Shown: positions 9,047 to 18,840 of the stretch, piece after piece
Numbering within the stretch: the first letter of the stretch is position 1
Layout of the letters: each line of letters opens with the position of its first letter
NCBI GenBank assembly: GCA_046482545.1
Contig: JAWOEX010000028.1
Coordinates: forward strand, 64,001-128,000
Source: Candidatus Thorarchaeota archaeon
Lineage (GTDB): Archaea > Asgardarchaeota > Thorarchaeia > Thorarchaeales > Thorarchaeaceae
DNA length: 64,000 bases
Reading direction: 5' to 3'
Position numbers and translations under genes: made by a program
Notes under the pieces: generated by a model
Told to the model about the DNA's origin: nothing
The model's database searches: none
The model's input: only the letters and a program-made list of their open reading frames with translations

Positions 9047-11065
9047 CTATAGCTCCTCAAAGTAGAGCCTTAGCAATTCGGCGACACAGCGGGCTCTAGA
9101 AACACAGCCTCTGTCACGATAGGGTTCAGAACCGTCGAACATACCAGAGACAGTACCCAAACAACCGTTTCTGATTGATGACAGAACGGGGCGGAAGAAC
9201 TTTTTCTCAGCAGTCTGCTTGGTCTTGTGGTCTCTTCCGTAAACGTTCAGATATGCGGATATGAAGGGACCAATCAACCATGGATGGACCGTACCCTGAT
9301 GGGTAGATCCGGCTCTGCTCCGAGGACCTCCAGTATGAGCGGGGGCATACCTAGGGTCGCTGGGAGCTAGAGTCCGTAGACCGTAGGGGGTGACAAGCTC
9401 TTCTTCGACGACCGAGACAATCTTCTCTGACTTCCTAGTGTCAAGCAGGCGATAAGGAAGACTCACAGCGAAAACCTGATTCGGGCGGAGTGATTCATCA
9501 TTTCGATCGTCAGTCACAACATCATAGAGATAGCCGAGCTCCTCATCCCAGAATGTTTGGACAAAAGCTTCTCTAATCCAAGATGCCACAGCTCTGTATT
9601 CGTAAGGGTCACGCCCTATCAGTTCACAAAGGTCTCCCGCAGCCATCAACGCGTTGAACCAAAGTGCATTCACTTCAACACATTTGCCAGTTCGAGGTGT
9701 AGCCAACCAGTTTCCGACCTTCTCATTCATCCAGGAGACCTCTACACCTGGAATTCCTGAGCATATTAGGCCGTCATGGTCTTCATAGATACCGTATTTG
9801 GTTCCTGTACGAAACGCACCGATAATTGATTGAATGGTGTCCCAGATGAGACCTCTAAGAAACTCAGTGTCATGTGTATGGTCGATGTATTTCTTGACAC
9901 CAAGGATGAACCACAGTGAAGCATCAACACTATCGTATTCAGGCTGGATTCCTCTATCCGGAAAGTCGTTAGCTATCAAACCGTATCTGGAGTATCGTGC
10001 GTATGTTGTTAGAATACCTCGCGCATCTTGAAATCTTCCAATAGCTACCGTCAGACCCGGCAAGGAAACCATAGCATCGTGGCCAATATCAGCTAGGTTA
10101 TGATAACCGGCTATGACTGATTTCTGTTGTGTCGACTGACGATCCACGATGAAGGCGTCAGCATTGAAAATTAGCCATTCCATGGACTTGTCCCGCTCCT
10201 TCTCAGACATGCTATACGCTCGGCTATTGAGTATTCTTCTTCGTTTCAACTCATTAAACCGCAATCTAGCAAAATCTCTGCGCTTAGCTTCTGTCAAAGA
10301 ATCGAGATCTTTCACTAGCTCCTCTCTACTGCGGCCGGCTGCAAAGAGAAATGAAAGGAAATGAGAACCCGGTTCCAGAACAGAATGGAATACACCGGGC
10401 GTGAACAGAACATCAGTATGATCAAGTCCTCTCGACTTGTCCTTGCGGTATATCTGCAGGTTGCTTTTGTGTATCTTGGCCTCCATGAACTGGGAGTCAG
10501 GGCTATACGCGAAAACAGAAGGGCTGTTTTCACGTGAATCCGAGCAGAAATACGCATTTTCAGGTCTAGCATCGACATGTGGTTCGAATGTTAGTTCCTC
10601 AGGCCTTTCATCCAGTTCCCTGCACGTTTGGACTGGGGTTACCGTAAAGACAGTATCTTCCTTTGTCTCGATTTCGTAGTTCACTACGGTGATATTTCTT
10701 CTAAATGGCATGAATACCGATTTTTCTGCCTCGAAGCAATCTGTTTCATATCTCATTGTTGGAAGTGGATTGAGTTCGAACGACTTTATGTGCCTGTAAC
10801 CGCGACGTGTAACACCTTCAGTTGTCTCTTCTACAGAAAGATTGTACTCGCACTCGGAAGTCGCCAAAACATCGTCAAGTCGTGATATTGTCAACCACCT
10901 ATCAACTGGTGGATTGAGGGAGCATACCAGTAGACCATGATGACCTCGAGTGTTCAATCCTACTACAGTAGATGAAGCGTAACCGCCCAGCCCATTTGTA
11001 TATATCCATTCGAATGTAACAGCACGATTGAGTCTGAGATCCTTTTCGTCTAGCTCAAATGACAC
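9047..11065 (-). CDS. Archaeal-type glycogen debranching enzyme / amylo-alpha-1,6-glucosidase homologue (catalytic residues appear substituted)
   Basis: EW-x2-TNGLGGYASST, HGLL, SVDASLWF, PRTGKCVEVNALWFNAL, LRPNQ, PYGLRTL, HQGTV-x-PWL. Confidence 0.9.
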   Translation of the reverse strand: MSFELDEKDLRLNRAVTFEWIYTNGLGGYASSTVVGLNTRGHHGLLVCSLNPPVDRWLTISRLDDVLATSECEYNLSVEETTEGVTRRGYRHIKSFELNPLPTMRYETDCFEAEKSVFMPFRRNITVVNYEIETKEDTVFTVTPVQTCRELDERPEELTFEPHVDARPENAYFCSDSRENSPSVFAYSPDSQFMEAKIHKSNLQIYRKDKSRGLDHTDVLFTPGVFHSVLEPGSHFLSFLFAAGRSREELVKDLDSLTEAKRRDFARLRFNELKRRRILNSRAYSMSEKERDKSMEWLIFNADAFIVDRQSTQQKSVIAGYHNLADIGHDAMVSLPGLTVAIGRFQDARGILTTYARYSRYGLIANDFPDRGIQPEYDSVDASLWFILGVKKYIDHTHDTEFLRGLIWDTIQSIIGAFRTGTKYGIYEDHDGLICSGIPGVEVSWMNEKVGNWLATPRTGKCVEVNALWFNALMAAGDLCELIGRDPYEYRAVASWIREAFVQTFWDEELGYLYDVVTDDRNDESLRPNQVFAVSLPYRLLDTRKSEKIVSVVEEELVTPYGLRTLAPSDPRYAPAHTGGPRSRAGSTHQGTVHPWLIGPFISAYLNVYGRDHKTKQTAEKKFFRPVLSSIRNGCLGTVSGMFDGSEPYRDRGCVSRARCVAELLRLYFEEL

Positions 11066-11288
11066 GACGGGTATCTCCGAATATCAATATCTCAAGCAAG
11101 GGTCTGCACCAACAGGCTTTAAGCATTCTTCGCAGTGACCCGCCTAACGACATTGAGCTGATTGCAGGATATGTTCCTGCTCCAAGAAACCATTTGAGGC
11201 GATTCCTCTGAAAGACAGCAACAATGCCATCAGTCCGAAAAAATCCACAGACGGACCATCAATAGACCGGTCGGAACAAATCCTAGGA

Positions 11289-12458
11289 ATGAGCCGCACG
11301 CTCTGGAGACTTGCACTGGTCATAGGAGTAGCGCAATTCTCATGGAGCATTTGGGGGTGGCAGTTTAGCATTTTCCTAGCAACTCTGCTTGAACCATGGA
11401 AGATGGGCGTCACTTTCTTCGTCGGGACTCTGGCTAGTCTAATCGGATTCGCAGTCTCAGGGGTGTTGTCGGACTTCTTTGGTAGAAGAAAGGCTATGGC
11501 TCTATCATTTATCCCGATGGCGCTCGGGTTGGTTATGCTTGCTGAATTCCCTCTCTGGCCACTTATACCTCTGGAGTATGCTCTTGCTCAATTCGGATGG
11601 AGCTTTGTATTAATCATTGCTAGAGCTATGCCAGCAGATGAAACAGCGAGTCTCGGAGGAATGAATTCTGCCCGTCGATTCACAACTGTACTCATGCCTG
11701 CGTTTCTGATTGACGGTATAAGCCCAGCAGCGGCATCGGCCCTTCTTTATTTCGGATTAGGAGCCCGAGAACTCTTGCTCCTGGGTGCATTTGGAGCTGT
11801 TCTAGCTCTAATAGCAACGCTGCTATGGGTAAGAGAGACGCTCCCATCTGACACTATGAAGAAAGCCAAGAGTGGTGCTATCATTTCATTCCGTGGCTTA
11901 GGTACTCATTTCTGGAAACTTGCTGTAGGGATGATTGGATACAGCCTTATTTTCAATACCGCTATCCCCTACTACGGAAACCTATGTGTAGATGAATGGG
12001 GCATTAGCGCTCCACTATATGGTTTGACTTGGAGTGCATTTTCACTTACAGGTGGACTGCTCACCTATACATTGGGTGGTGTCTCTGATAAGAGCCCAAA
12101 GTTGTCACTTCTTATAGCCGTTGTAATGAACACCCTTGTTTGGTTTGGGCTTGGGCTAGGTAGCGGCATTTTTCTCTTAGTCGCCCTCAACATAATTTGG
12201 GCCTTTCCTGTCATGATATGGATCGGTTCAGAGCGAAGTCTTGCAGTTAAAGAAGTAAAAAGCGAAATGAGAGGCAGAGCATTAGGCACCTATCAGTTTT
12301 TGATGAGCTCCACGACCCTGTTAGGAGCCCCCCTAGGAGCTATGATTTGGAGCATAACAGGAAGTCTCAGAGCCCTTTGGCTCTTCTCAGCCTCTGCAAG
12401 TCTTTTCATGGTGGTTATACTGGCAGCAGCGCTTCATTCCCTTAACGGTTCCAGCTAG
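11289..12458 (+). CDS. MFS transporter
   Basis: About 12 TM segments; motif A GVLSDFFGRRK; RGRALG in the second half. Confidence 0.9.
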   Translation: MSRTLWRLALVIGVAQFSWSIWGWQFSIFLATLLEPWKMGVTFFVGTLASLIGFAVSGVLSDFFGRRKAMALSFIPMALGLVMLAEFPLWPLIPLEYALAQFGWSFVLIIARAMPADETASLGGMNSARRFTTVLMPAFLIDGISPAAASALLYFGLGARELLLLGAFGAVLALIATLLWVRETLPSDTMKKAKSGAIISFRGLGTHFWKLAVGMIGYSLIFNTAIPYYGNLCVDEWGISAPLYGLTWSAFSLTGGLLTYTLGGVSDKSPKLSLLIAVVMNTLVWFGLGLGSGIFLLVALNIIWAFPVMIWIGSERSLAVKEVKSEMRGRALGTYQFLMSSTTLLGAPLGAMIWSITGSLRALWLFSASASLFMVVILAAALHSLNGSS

Positions 12459-12731
12459 TTGAATAGAAAACAGATATCGCAGGTGAAGCGAGCATCAACA
12501 TTTCGCACTATACACGAAAATCTACTATCAACTCAGGTAGGATTAGATGCCGGTGTAAGCTTTAGCGCTCTATCACGTATCAGATTTGTGGGCAATCGTA
12601 GTGGACGAACAAAGTCCAGTCGATGACTACTTCAAATCAGCTGACTCCACTTCTCCAAGATTTTTTTTGGGGTGGCTCTATTCTTGCAGTCGGAATAAAC
12701 CGCAACAGTTAACTCATGTTGGTATCCTCTT

Positions 12732-13439
12732 TTGCACCATAGCGAGCTACCGAGAGGAATTGAGATGATTCGTTGCTGTAATCTGACATATAGTGAGTTG
12801 AAAAACAAGCCTGTCCTTGATTCGGAAGGAGTGAAGGTTGGGAGAGTTATAGATTTCGTCTTGCATTATGAGGACAACAAGATAGAACTTGAATCGATGC
12901 TTCTTGGTGGGACCAGATTGGAAGAGTTCCTTGAGTCCGTCGGCATGAGGGCTGACTTGGACCCACTCATCGATATTGATTCGATTGACGAAATAAGCGA
13001 GGAGATTCAGTTATCTATTCCCCGTAAACAACTAAAGAGCACTCTCGATTCCAAGCTGCTACACGAGGAGGATATAACCCTCTCAAGGTTATCAAAAATT
13101 CCTGTCGTTGATTCGGACGGCTTCAAAATCGGTCGTGTGATTGATGTTTGGTTTGACTACGAGGATAAGATTTGGTTGGTTATCGGCGGAGGATTCGTGG
13201 AGGAGATGTTGGAAAAGCTAAAAGTTCAACCCGACATCGATCCCATTGTCCCAGAAGAATACATCAAGAGCATATCTGAGAAAGAAATCTGTCTGAAGTG
13301 GACCAAGTTCCAGCTGGAGTCCACGGCCGAGGATGAGTTTGACAAGGTCAAAAGAGAACTAATGTCACGGCATACACCCAAAGACGCCAGGTACGAGTAC
13401 CTCAGGCTTATCGGGAACGCCGGAAAAGGGGAGTACTAG
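12732..13439 (+). CDS. Tandem PRC-barrel domain protein (likely start ATG 12766)
   Basis: Two repeats, SELKNKPVLDSEGVKVGRVIDF and SRLSKIPVVDSDGFKIGRVIDV. Confidence 0.85.
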   Translation: MHHSELPRGIEMIRCCNLTYSELKNKPVLDSEGVKVGRVIDFVLHYEDNKIELESMLLGGTRLEEFLESVGMRADLDPLIDIDSIDEISEEIQLSIPRKQLKSTLDSKLLHEEDITLSRLSKIPVVDSDGFKIGRVIDVWFDYEDKIWLVIGGGFVEEMLEKLKVQPDIDPIVPEEYIKSISEKEICLKWTKFQLESTAEDEFDKVKRELMSRHTPKDARYEYLRLIGNAGKGEY

Positions 13440-14155
13440 TCGGATTGGTTTTCAGCCAACTGTAACACTTTTTCAACTGATCTAGTGTCTTCATGGCGAC
13501 CTAGTAAATGGCCGCTTTTCTGCCTTTTTGTTTCCAAGTAAGGCTTGTTGTACTCATCAGGTTCAATAATCAAAGGAACCCGTTCGGTAATCTCAACACC
13601 CTGCGAGAGTAATTGCTTGACTTTCTCGGGGTTGTTGGTGAGCAGTCCTATCGACTTCACATGCAGAGTTCGCAGAATGTGTGCAGCTACTCCGTAATCA
13701 CGCTCATCTGGACAATGCCCCAAGGCTAGATTTGCATCAATGGTATCCATTCCCTCATCCTGTAAGGCATACGCCTTTAGCTTCTCTGTTAGTCCAATAT
13801 TGCGTCCTTCTTGACGCAAATACAAGAGGATGCCCTCTCCTTCCTTCTCGATTCTTCTTAGGCTCTCATGAAGCTGTGCTCTGCAATCACATCGCTTACT
13901 ACCTAAAACATCACCCGTCAGGCATTCTGAGTGCAGACGGACAAGCACATTCTCCTTATTTATGACATCACCCTTTACTAATGCCGTATGCTCCTTTCCA
14001 TCACACGGACTGACTAAGCCGCATATTTGAAATCCGCCAAAGACACTTGGCAGGTCTGCAACAGCCACGAGTTGTACACAACACTGATATGGCTCACATC
14101 GATGGTTCTCGCTCTCCTCAAGCAAATTCTCAATCTGCACTGTAGATAAGCTCAA
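13436..14155 (-). CDS. ribA: GTP cyclohydrolase II
   Basis: VRLHSECLTGDVLGSKRCDC, YLRQEGRNIGL, LLTNNPEK, YLETK-x2-K-x-GH. Confidence 0.95.
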   Translation of the reverse strand: MSLSTVQIENLLEESENHRCEPYQCCVQLVAVADLPSVFGGFQICGLVSPCDGKEHTALVKGDVINKENVLVRLHSECLTGDVLGSKRCDCRAQLHESLRRIEKEGEGILLYLRQEGRNIGLTEKLKAYALQDEGMDTIDANLALGHCPDERDYGVAAHILRTLHVKSIGLLTNNPEKVKQLLSQGVEITERVPLIIEPDEYNKPYLETKRQKSGHLLGRHEDTRSVEKVLQLAENQSD

Positions 14156-14249
14156 TTTCAGCAGGCCTCTAGTGGGAAAACACTCGAAAATATTGCTTAG
14201 ATACTTTCCCGTCGCACCTTATTAGACCTACACAACGTCATTTCTAAAT

Positions 14250-15371
14250 ATGGCTACACCAATAGCTAACTATCAGTCAGCTACCCGAGGAGCGAAATCG
14301 ATGGATGATAAATTAGCGAACAGTCTTTCCATTGCACAAGCATGGATCAAGAAGAATACAAATCGCAATCCCTTCACCAAATTGAAGGAGCATATAATCG
14401 ATACTGGGACATGCACAGAATGCGGTGCATGCGTTTCCAATTGCCCAGTTGATGCACTCACGGGACAGTACAAAGAAGGGAAATACGTTCCAAAACTCAC
14501 GGGGAAATGTATTGCCTGCGGTATTTGCTACGACGTATGTCCAAGAACGGCATCATCTCAACATCATTTGCTCGGGAGTATCAGAAGTGCGTGGAGGGTT
14601 AAAGCGACAGAAGAATATCCACGAAGTCAGAATGGCGGTGCAGTTACAGCATTGCTCTGCTATGTGCTGGAAAAGATGGTAGTAGATGGCACTGTGGTGG
14701 CATGTCAAGATCCAGACAAACCATGGCATCCCGTACCGAAAATCCGTGAGAACAAAGAAGAAGTCATTAATTGTGCTGGCACAATCTACACCCATACACC
14801 TATCGTGGAAGGTGTGATGGAAGGTTTTCGAAAAGGACTTTCAGCATTAGCTGTGGTCGGTACCTCCTGCAATCTGGACGCGATTACCAATATGCAGAAT
14901 AATCCAGCAGGAGTTTTGAATATCGACTTGAAGCATAGTGTGTTCAAAATAGGCCTCTTTTGTATGGAATCCTTCAATTATGAGAAAATGAAAGAATTTC
15001 TGAAGAAGGATGACATCTCAATTGAGGATGTTGAAAAGTTCTCAATAGAGAAAGGGAAACTGATAGTCGATACATCGGAGGTAACAAAGAAGTGGCCTAT
15101 AAGCAACCTAGCGGAAACAGCAGCTAGTTCGTGTTCATATTGTAGGGACTTGACTGCCAAGAATGCGGATATCTCATGCGGGAATTTAGGAACAGATTCT
15201 GATTGGACAACTGTTCTTGTGAGAACGATAGAGGGGGAACACATCTTTCAAGCAGCGATTGAAGCAGGCTATCTTGAGGCAGAAGATCTGTCAAGTAAGG
15301 GGCTTCGAATTCTCGAACGTATTGCCCGAATGAAGTTCAACCGACTTTATAGTCTTCAAAGCACTCATTAG
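14250..15371 (+). CDS. Coenzyme F420 hydrogenase/dehydrogenase beta-subunit family protein (FrhB-like) with N-terminal 2x[4Fe-4S]
   Basis: CTECGACVSNCP, CIACGICYDVCP, QNGGAVTALL, IGLFCMESF, CSYC-x-D-x4-ADISCG. Confidence 0.9.
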   Translation: MATPIANYQSATRGAKSMDDKLANSLSIAQAWIKKNTNRNPFTKLKEHIIDTGTCTECGACVSNCPVDALTGQYKEGKYVPKLTGKCIACGICYDVCPRTASSQHHLLGSIRSAWRVKATEEYPRSQNGGAVTALLCYVLEKMVVDGTVVACQDPDKPWHPVPKIRENKEEVINCAGTIYTHTPIVEGVMEGFRKGLSALAVVGTSCNLDAITNMQNNPAGVLNIDLKHSVFKIGLFCMESFNYEKMKEFLKKDDISIEDVEKFSIEKGKLIVDTSEVTKKWPISNLAETAASSCSYCRDLTAKNADISCGNLGTDSDWTTVLVRTIEGEHIFQAAIEAGYLEAEDLSSKGLRILERIARMKFNRLYSLQSTH

Positions 15372-15408
15372 GTAATTATCTTTTCATCAAGAGGAGCAGG
15401 TAGTTGCA

Positions 15409-15924
15409 ATGAAGAAACATGTTCTGCTTACCGGCAGACCTGGTATAGGCAAGACTACAGCCATAAGAAAGGCAATCCAGTATATTGGTATTGAAAGGGT
15501 AGGAGGCTTCTGGTCCTCTGAGATGAAGAGAGATGGCAGAAGAGTTGGGTTCGGAATTCACACCGTGGAAGGTGAAGACGGAATACTTGCTCATGTCGAT
15601 AGAAACCATGGACCACTAGTTAGCAAGTATAGAGTAAATGTTGCAGACATCAACAGAGTAGCGATCCCCGCTCTAGAAAGAGCCAGAAAATGCGGGAAAA
15701 TCATCATTATTGACGAGATAGCGAAAATGGAACTTTACTCTGAGGGTTTCAAGCAGGAGGTTTTGAAATGCCTAAATGAGGGGCGAGTATTGGGCACTAT
15801 TCAGCAATGGAGCTCGTCATTTCTCAATCAAGTACGAAACCGATCAGATGTTCGGATGGTAGAAGTCACTACTGCAAACAGAGATGAACTACCAGCTCAG
15901 ATAGCCAGTTGGTTTCAGCAGTAG
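15409..15924 (+). CDS. Nucleoside-triphosphatase (THEP1/NTPCR family)
   Basis: LTGRPGIGKTT, GGF-x-S-x-E, IIIIDEIAKMEL, NRD-x-LP. Confidence 0.9.
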   Translation: MKKHVLLTGRPGIGKTTAIRKAIQYIGIERVGGFWSSEMKRDGRRVGFGIHTVEGEDGILAHVDRNHGPLVSKYRVNVADINRVAIPALERARKCGKIIIIDEIAKMELYSEGFKQEVLKCLNEGRVLGTIQQWSSSFLNQVRNRSDVRMVEVTTANRDELPAQIASWFQQ

Positions 15925-15929
15925 CATCT

Positions 15930-17669
15930 CTATCTTGTTCGGAAATAGATGAGCGCTACGACAAGCATAGATAGCAGCCCGAGTCCGAATATCGTTCCCC
16001 AAATCAACGGGGACAAGGGTTCTTGACGCAATGACTTTATTTCAACCCGTCTCCATCCAGTGCTTCCCGCATTGTTTACACTCGAGTTATCGGTAGCGGT
16101 TATTCTGTACCAGATTTCTTCTCCAATATCGAATGCACCAAGATGTGAGAAGTAGAGATGACCTTGTTCAGGCTCCATCGTATCGTTCTCTGGGTTATCT
16201 TTGTCAACACCCCATTCAATGGTAACAGATGAAATATTATTCAAATCCCACACGTAAGCCTGAACACTTAGATTCGTCGATGCAGGGCCATTATAGGAGA
16301 GGATTGTTCTGACCTCGGATATAGCGGGATCGTGCGCATCAGGGGTAACTGTGACCGTTATAACTTCAAAGGAAGTTTGATTGAAGAAATCTGTCAAAGT
16401 CAGATTGTACTGATGGGCACCAACACTCAGGCCATCCACGTTCATTGAGAAGTTTTCTCCCCGCCATGTTCCGTTATTCAGAATCGTATCATTTCGGGTG
16501 AGATTGAAGAATCGAGGGTTGCTTTCGTCAACAGTCCAATTGATATCATACCCCGTATATCCCTCCTCATAATCTAGGTCATCCGTTGCGTTTATGACAG
16601 GGGCGCGTACATCTCGATACACTGTCACATTAACCACATCGCTCGCATTTCGTCCATATGCGTCAAAAAGTGTCAGATTGAAAGAATAATTACCAAGGTA
16701 CATATCATCCACCATAAACGAGAGATCATCGCCCTTCGGGTTCTGGAGAGTCCATTCCTGTCCAGTAATATTGCTGGGTGGACCATGAACCTTTGACACA
16801 TTCCCATAGGTTTCATTCATGCCAAAAATAATGACGGTCAAGCTGTAGTTGGCGGGATTGCTATCATAAATGTGCCAAGTGATTTTATGGCCAGAAGATC
16901 CGAATTCGTACGAAATATCATCTGGCGAGGAAATTTCGGGATCTGAAAGGTCAGGAAAGACAGTGAAATTGAATGAGCTTGTGGTATTGTGACCAAGAGT
17001 ATCGTTCAGGAAGATTGTATATTCATACCAATGTGTAGCATTGAGCCCATCGACTGATACCGAGATGTTCCCTTCTTCCCATTCACCACTCTCGATTGTG
17101 GTGAAATTATCGCTAGGCCAGTTTGATTGCCTCGTAATATTATAGAAATCAGGATTTGTTTCATTTACTTGCCAAGTTATTTTATGACCGAAGCTACCCT
17201 CTTCATAGTGGTCACCGAAATTACTTGAAACCTCAACCACAGGAGCAGCCTCATCAGCAATCACTGTAACAACAACCAAGTCAGATACACTCTCATTTTG
17301 AATATTGAATACAGTGCATTCAAAATCAAAACTGACTGGGACACTATAGGTTAGATTCTCTTCGTAGAGATGATCCAAGTCGATAGTTATATTCGAACCA
17401 TCCCAATCGCCTTCCTCGTAAACCTCCCCATCGCGAGTCACGGAGTAGTTCTTTGGGTCAGAAGCGGTTGCATTCCAAGTTATCGTCTCTCCAATGCTCC
17501 CGTTCTCAAAAGAGAAATCTGCGGGACCACTGATTGTGGGTGCAGCTGGGACAAAGATAATATCGCCAGTATCAGCTCCGATTAGAACGGTATTTGCAAT
17601 CGAAGGAACCAACAAGACTGATAATATTAACAACACAGCTCCGGGTTTGCCGAGAGTTCTTGGATACAT
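15930..17669 (-). CDS. Cell-surface protein with ~90-100-aa Ig-like repeats and C-terminal TM anchor
   Basis: Signal peptide; about four repeats P-x-I-x2-P-x-D-x2-YE-x-G...I-x-W...D-x2-P...G-x-W...VDGL; C-terminal TM + RTR. Confidence 0.8.
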   Translation of the reverse strand: MYPRTLGKPGAVLLILSVLLVPSIANTVLIGADTGDIIFVPAAPTISGPADFSFENGSIGETITWNATASDPKNYSVTRDGEVYEEGDWDGSNITIDLDHLYEENLTYSVPVSFDFECTVFNIQNESVSDLVVVTVIADEAAPVVEVSSNFGDHYEEGSFGHKITWQVNETNPDFYNITRQSNWPSDNFTTIESGEWEEGNISVSVDGLNATHWYEYTIFLNDTLGHNTTSSFNFTVFPDLSDPEISSPDDISYEFGSSGHKITWHIYDSNPANYSLTVIIFGMNETYGNVSKVHGPPSNITGQEWTLQNPKGDDLSFMVDDMYLGNYSFNLTLFDAYGRNASDVVNVTVYRDVRAPVINATDDLDYEEGYTGYDINWTVDESNPRFFNLTRNDTILNNGTWRGENFSMNVDGLSVGAHQYNLTLTDFFNQTSFEVITVTVTPDAHDPAISEVRTILSYNGPASTNLSVQAYVWDLNNISSVTIEWGVDKDNPENDTMEPEQGHLYFSHLGAFDIGEEIWYRITATDNSSVNNAGSTGWRRVEIKSLRQEPLSPLIWGTIFGLGLLSMLVVALIYFRTR

Positions 17670-17874
17670 CTAAACAACTTCCTGCGGACCCTAAAGTCAC
17701 AGCTTCGCGTGACGAGTCGGTTTTCGAGGTAACGTTTTATAGTCTTCGGTACTCCATTTCTGGACCTCAGGTTTTTTTCCTGTCTTAGATGCATCAGACT
17801 AACTCTCATAAGCAGTAGTGGAGCAATGTGTATCAACAGCGAAGAAAGAAAGCTTCTCACGGTGAATCTTAGAA

Positions 17875-18831
17875 ATGCCTCAAGCTATGTACACAGTATG
17901 GTGGCACGATACCCTAGGCCCAATGGTAGGCAGGAGTTATCCTGAATCTACCCGTCTAACTAGCGAAGAAGCGGTTACCATATTCATGAGTCATGGAAAC
18001 GATATGAAGGCAGAAATAGGTTATACCAAGCTTCCAAAGGGTCTGATTATCTCATATATGGAGCGGCCCAATTGCATAGCTGTCCTGCTCGACAAAGATG
18101 ACGAACCTTCAGTCATTGAAAGGAATCTCCAAAGAGTTGTATCAAAGATGGATTTCAACTCTGAGTCTTGGGAAGACGAAATCAAGTATGCCTTCCAACG
18201 TCTTGAGGAGCTGATTCACGAAACGACGGGAAATGAATTGCTGTCGAAACCAGAGGTGCGGCAACTCATCGTTGATATGGGTAGAAGGAGAATAGGACCA
18301 ATAAAACCCAAGCAATCGCTGATGGCAGTTACAGAATATCCAGTTGCAAAGGAGTACTTAGGGGCTGGTCATGAAGAGGTAGTACGAACACTAGAAGATC
18401 TCGAGGAGGAGGGGTTCATAGTAGGAAAAACGTACGGAAGAAGCATCCAGTGTCAGCATTGCGGAAGCACCCAAGTTGAGCTTGTACTGAAATGTCCTGA
18501 TTGTGGTTCAACAAGCTTGCATAAAGTGTACACAGTTTTCTGCCCAAATTGTAGGAGTCGCTTCCATACGGTCGTCGGTGACGAAATCTCAGAAGTGATC
18601 TGCCAAAAATGCAAAGAAGCAATTCCTCTTTCAAAACTACAAGTCTTGGAAGTAGAGCCACTATGTAATGAATGTGGAAAGGTGACTAATGAGCCCAAGA
18701 TTGATTTCAAATGTGTTACATGTGGTAAAGAATTCCAGATAATCGACCTGATGGGTGGCACCACAGTCGCTTACCACCTTTCTGATCGTATCAAAGAACG
18801 AACTAATAACATCAAAAAAGGTAAATCATAA
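17875..18831 (+). CDS. Longin (uDENN/NPR2-like) domain fused to winged helix + multi-Zn-ribbon (TackOD1-like) module
   Basis: N-terminal WHDTLGPMVGRSYPE; LEDLEEEGFI then CQHC, CPDC, CPNC, CQKC, CNEC, CVTC. Confidence 0.65.
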   Translation: MPQAMYTVWWHDTLGPMVGRSYPESTRLTSEEAVTIFMSHGNDMKAEIGYTKLPKGLIISYMERPNCIAVLLDKDDEPSVIERNLQRVVSKMDFNSESWEDEIKYAFQRLEELIHETTGNELLSKPEVRQLIVDMGRRRIGPIKPKQSLMAVTEYPVAKEYLGAGHEEVVRTLEDLEEEGFIVGKTYGRSIQCQHCGSTQVELVLKCPDCGSTSLHKVYTVFCPNCRSRFHTVVGDEISEVICQKCKEAIPLSKLQVLEVEPLCNECGKVTNEPKIDFKCVTCGKEFQIIDLMGGTTVAYHLSDRIKERTNNIKKGKS

Positions 18832-18840
18832 CAAGTTTTT

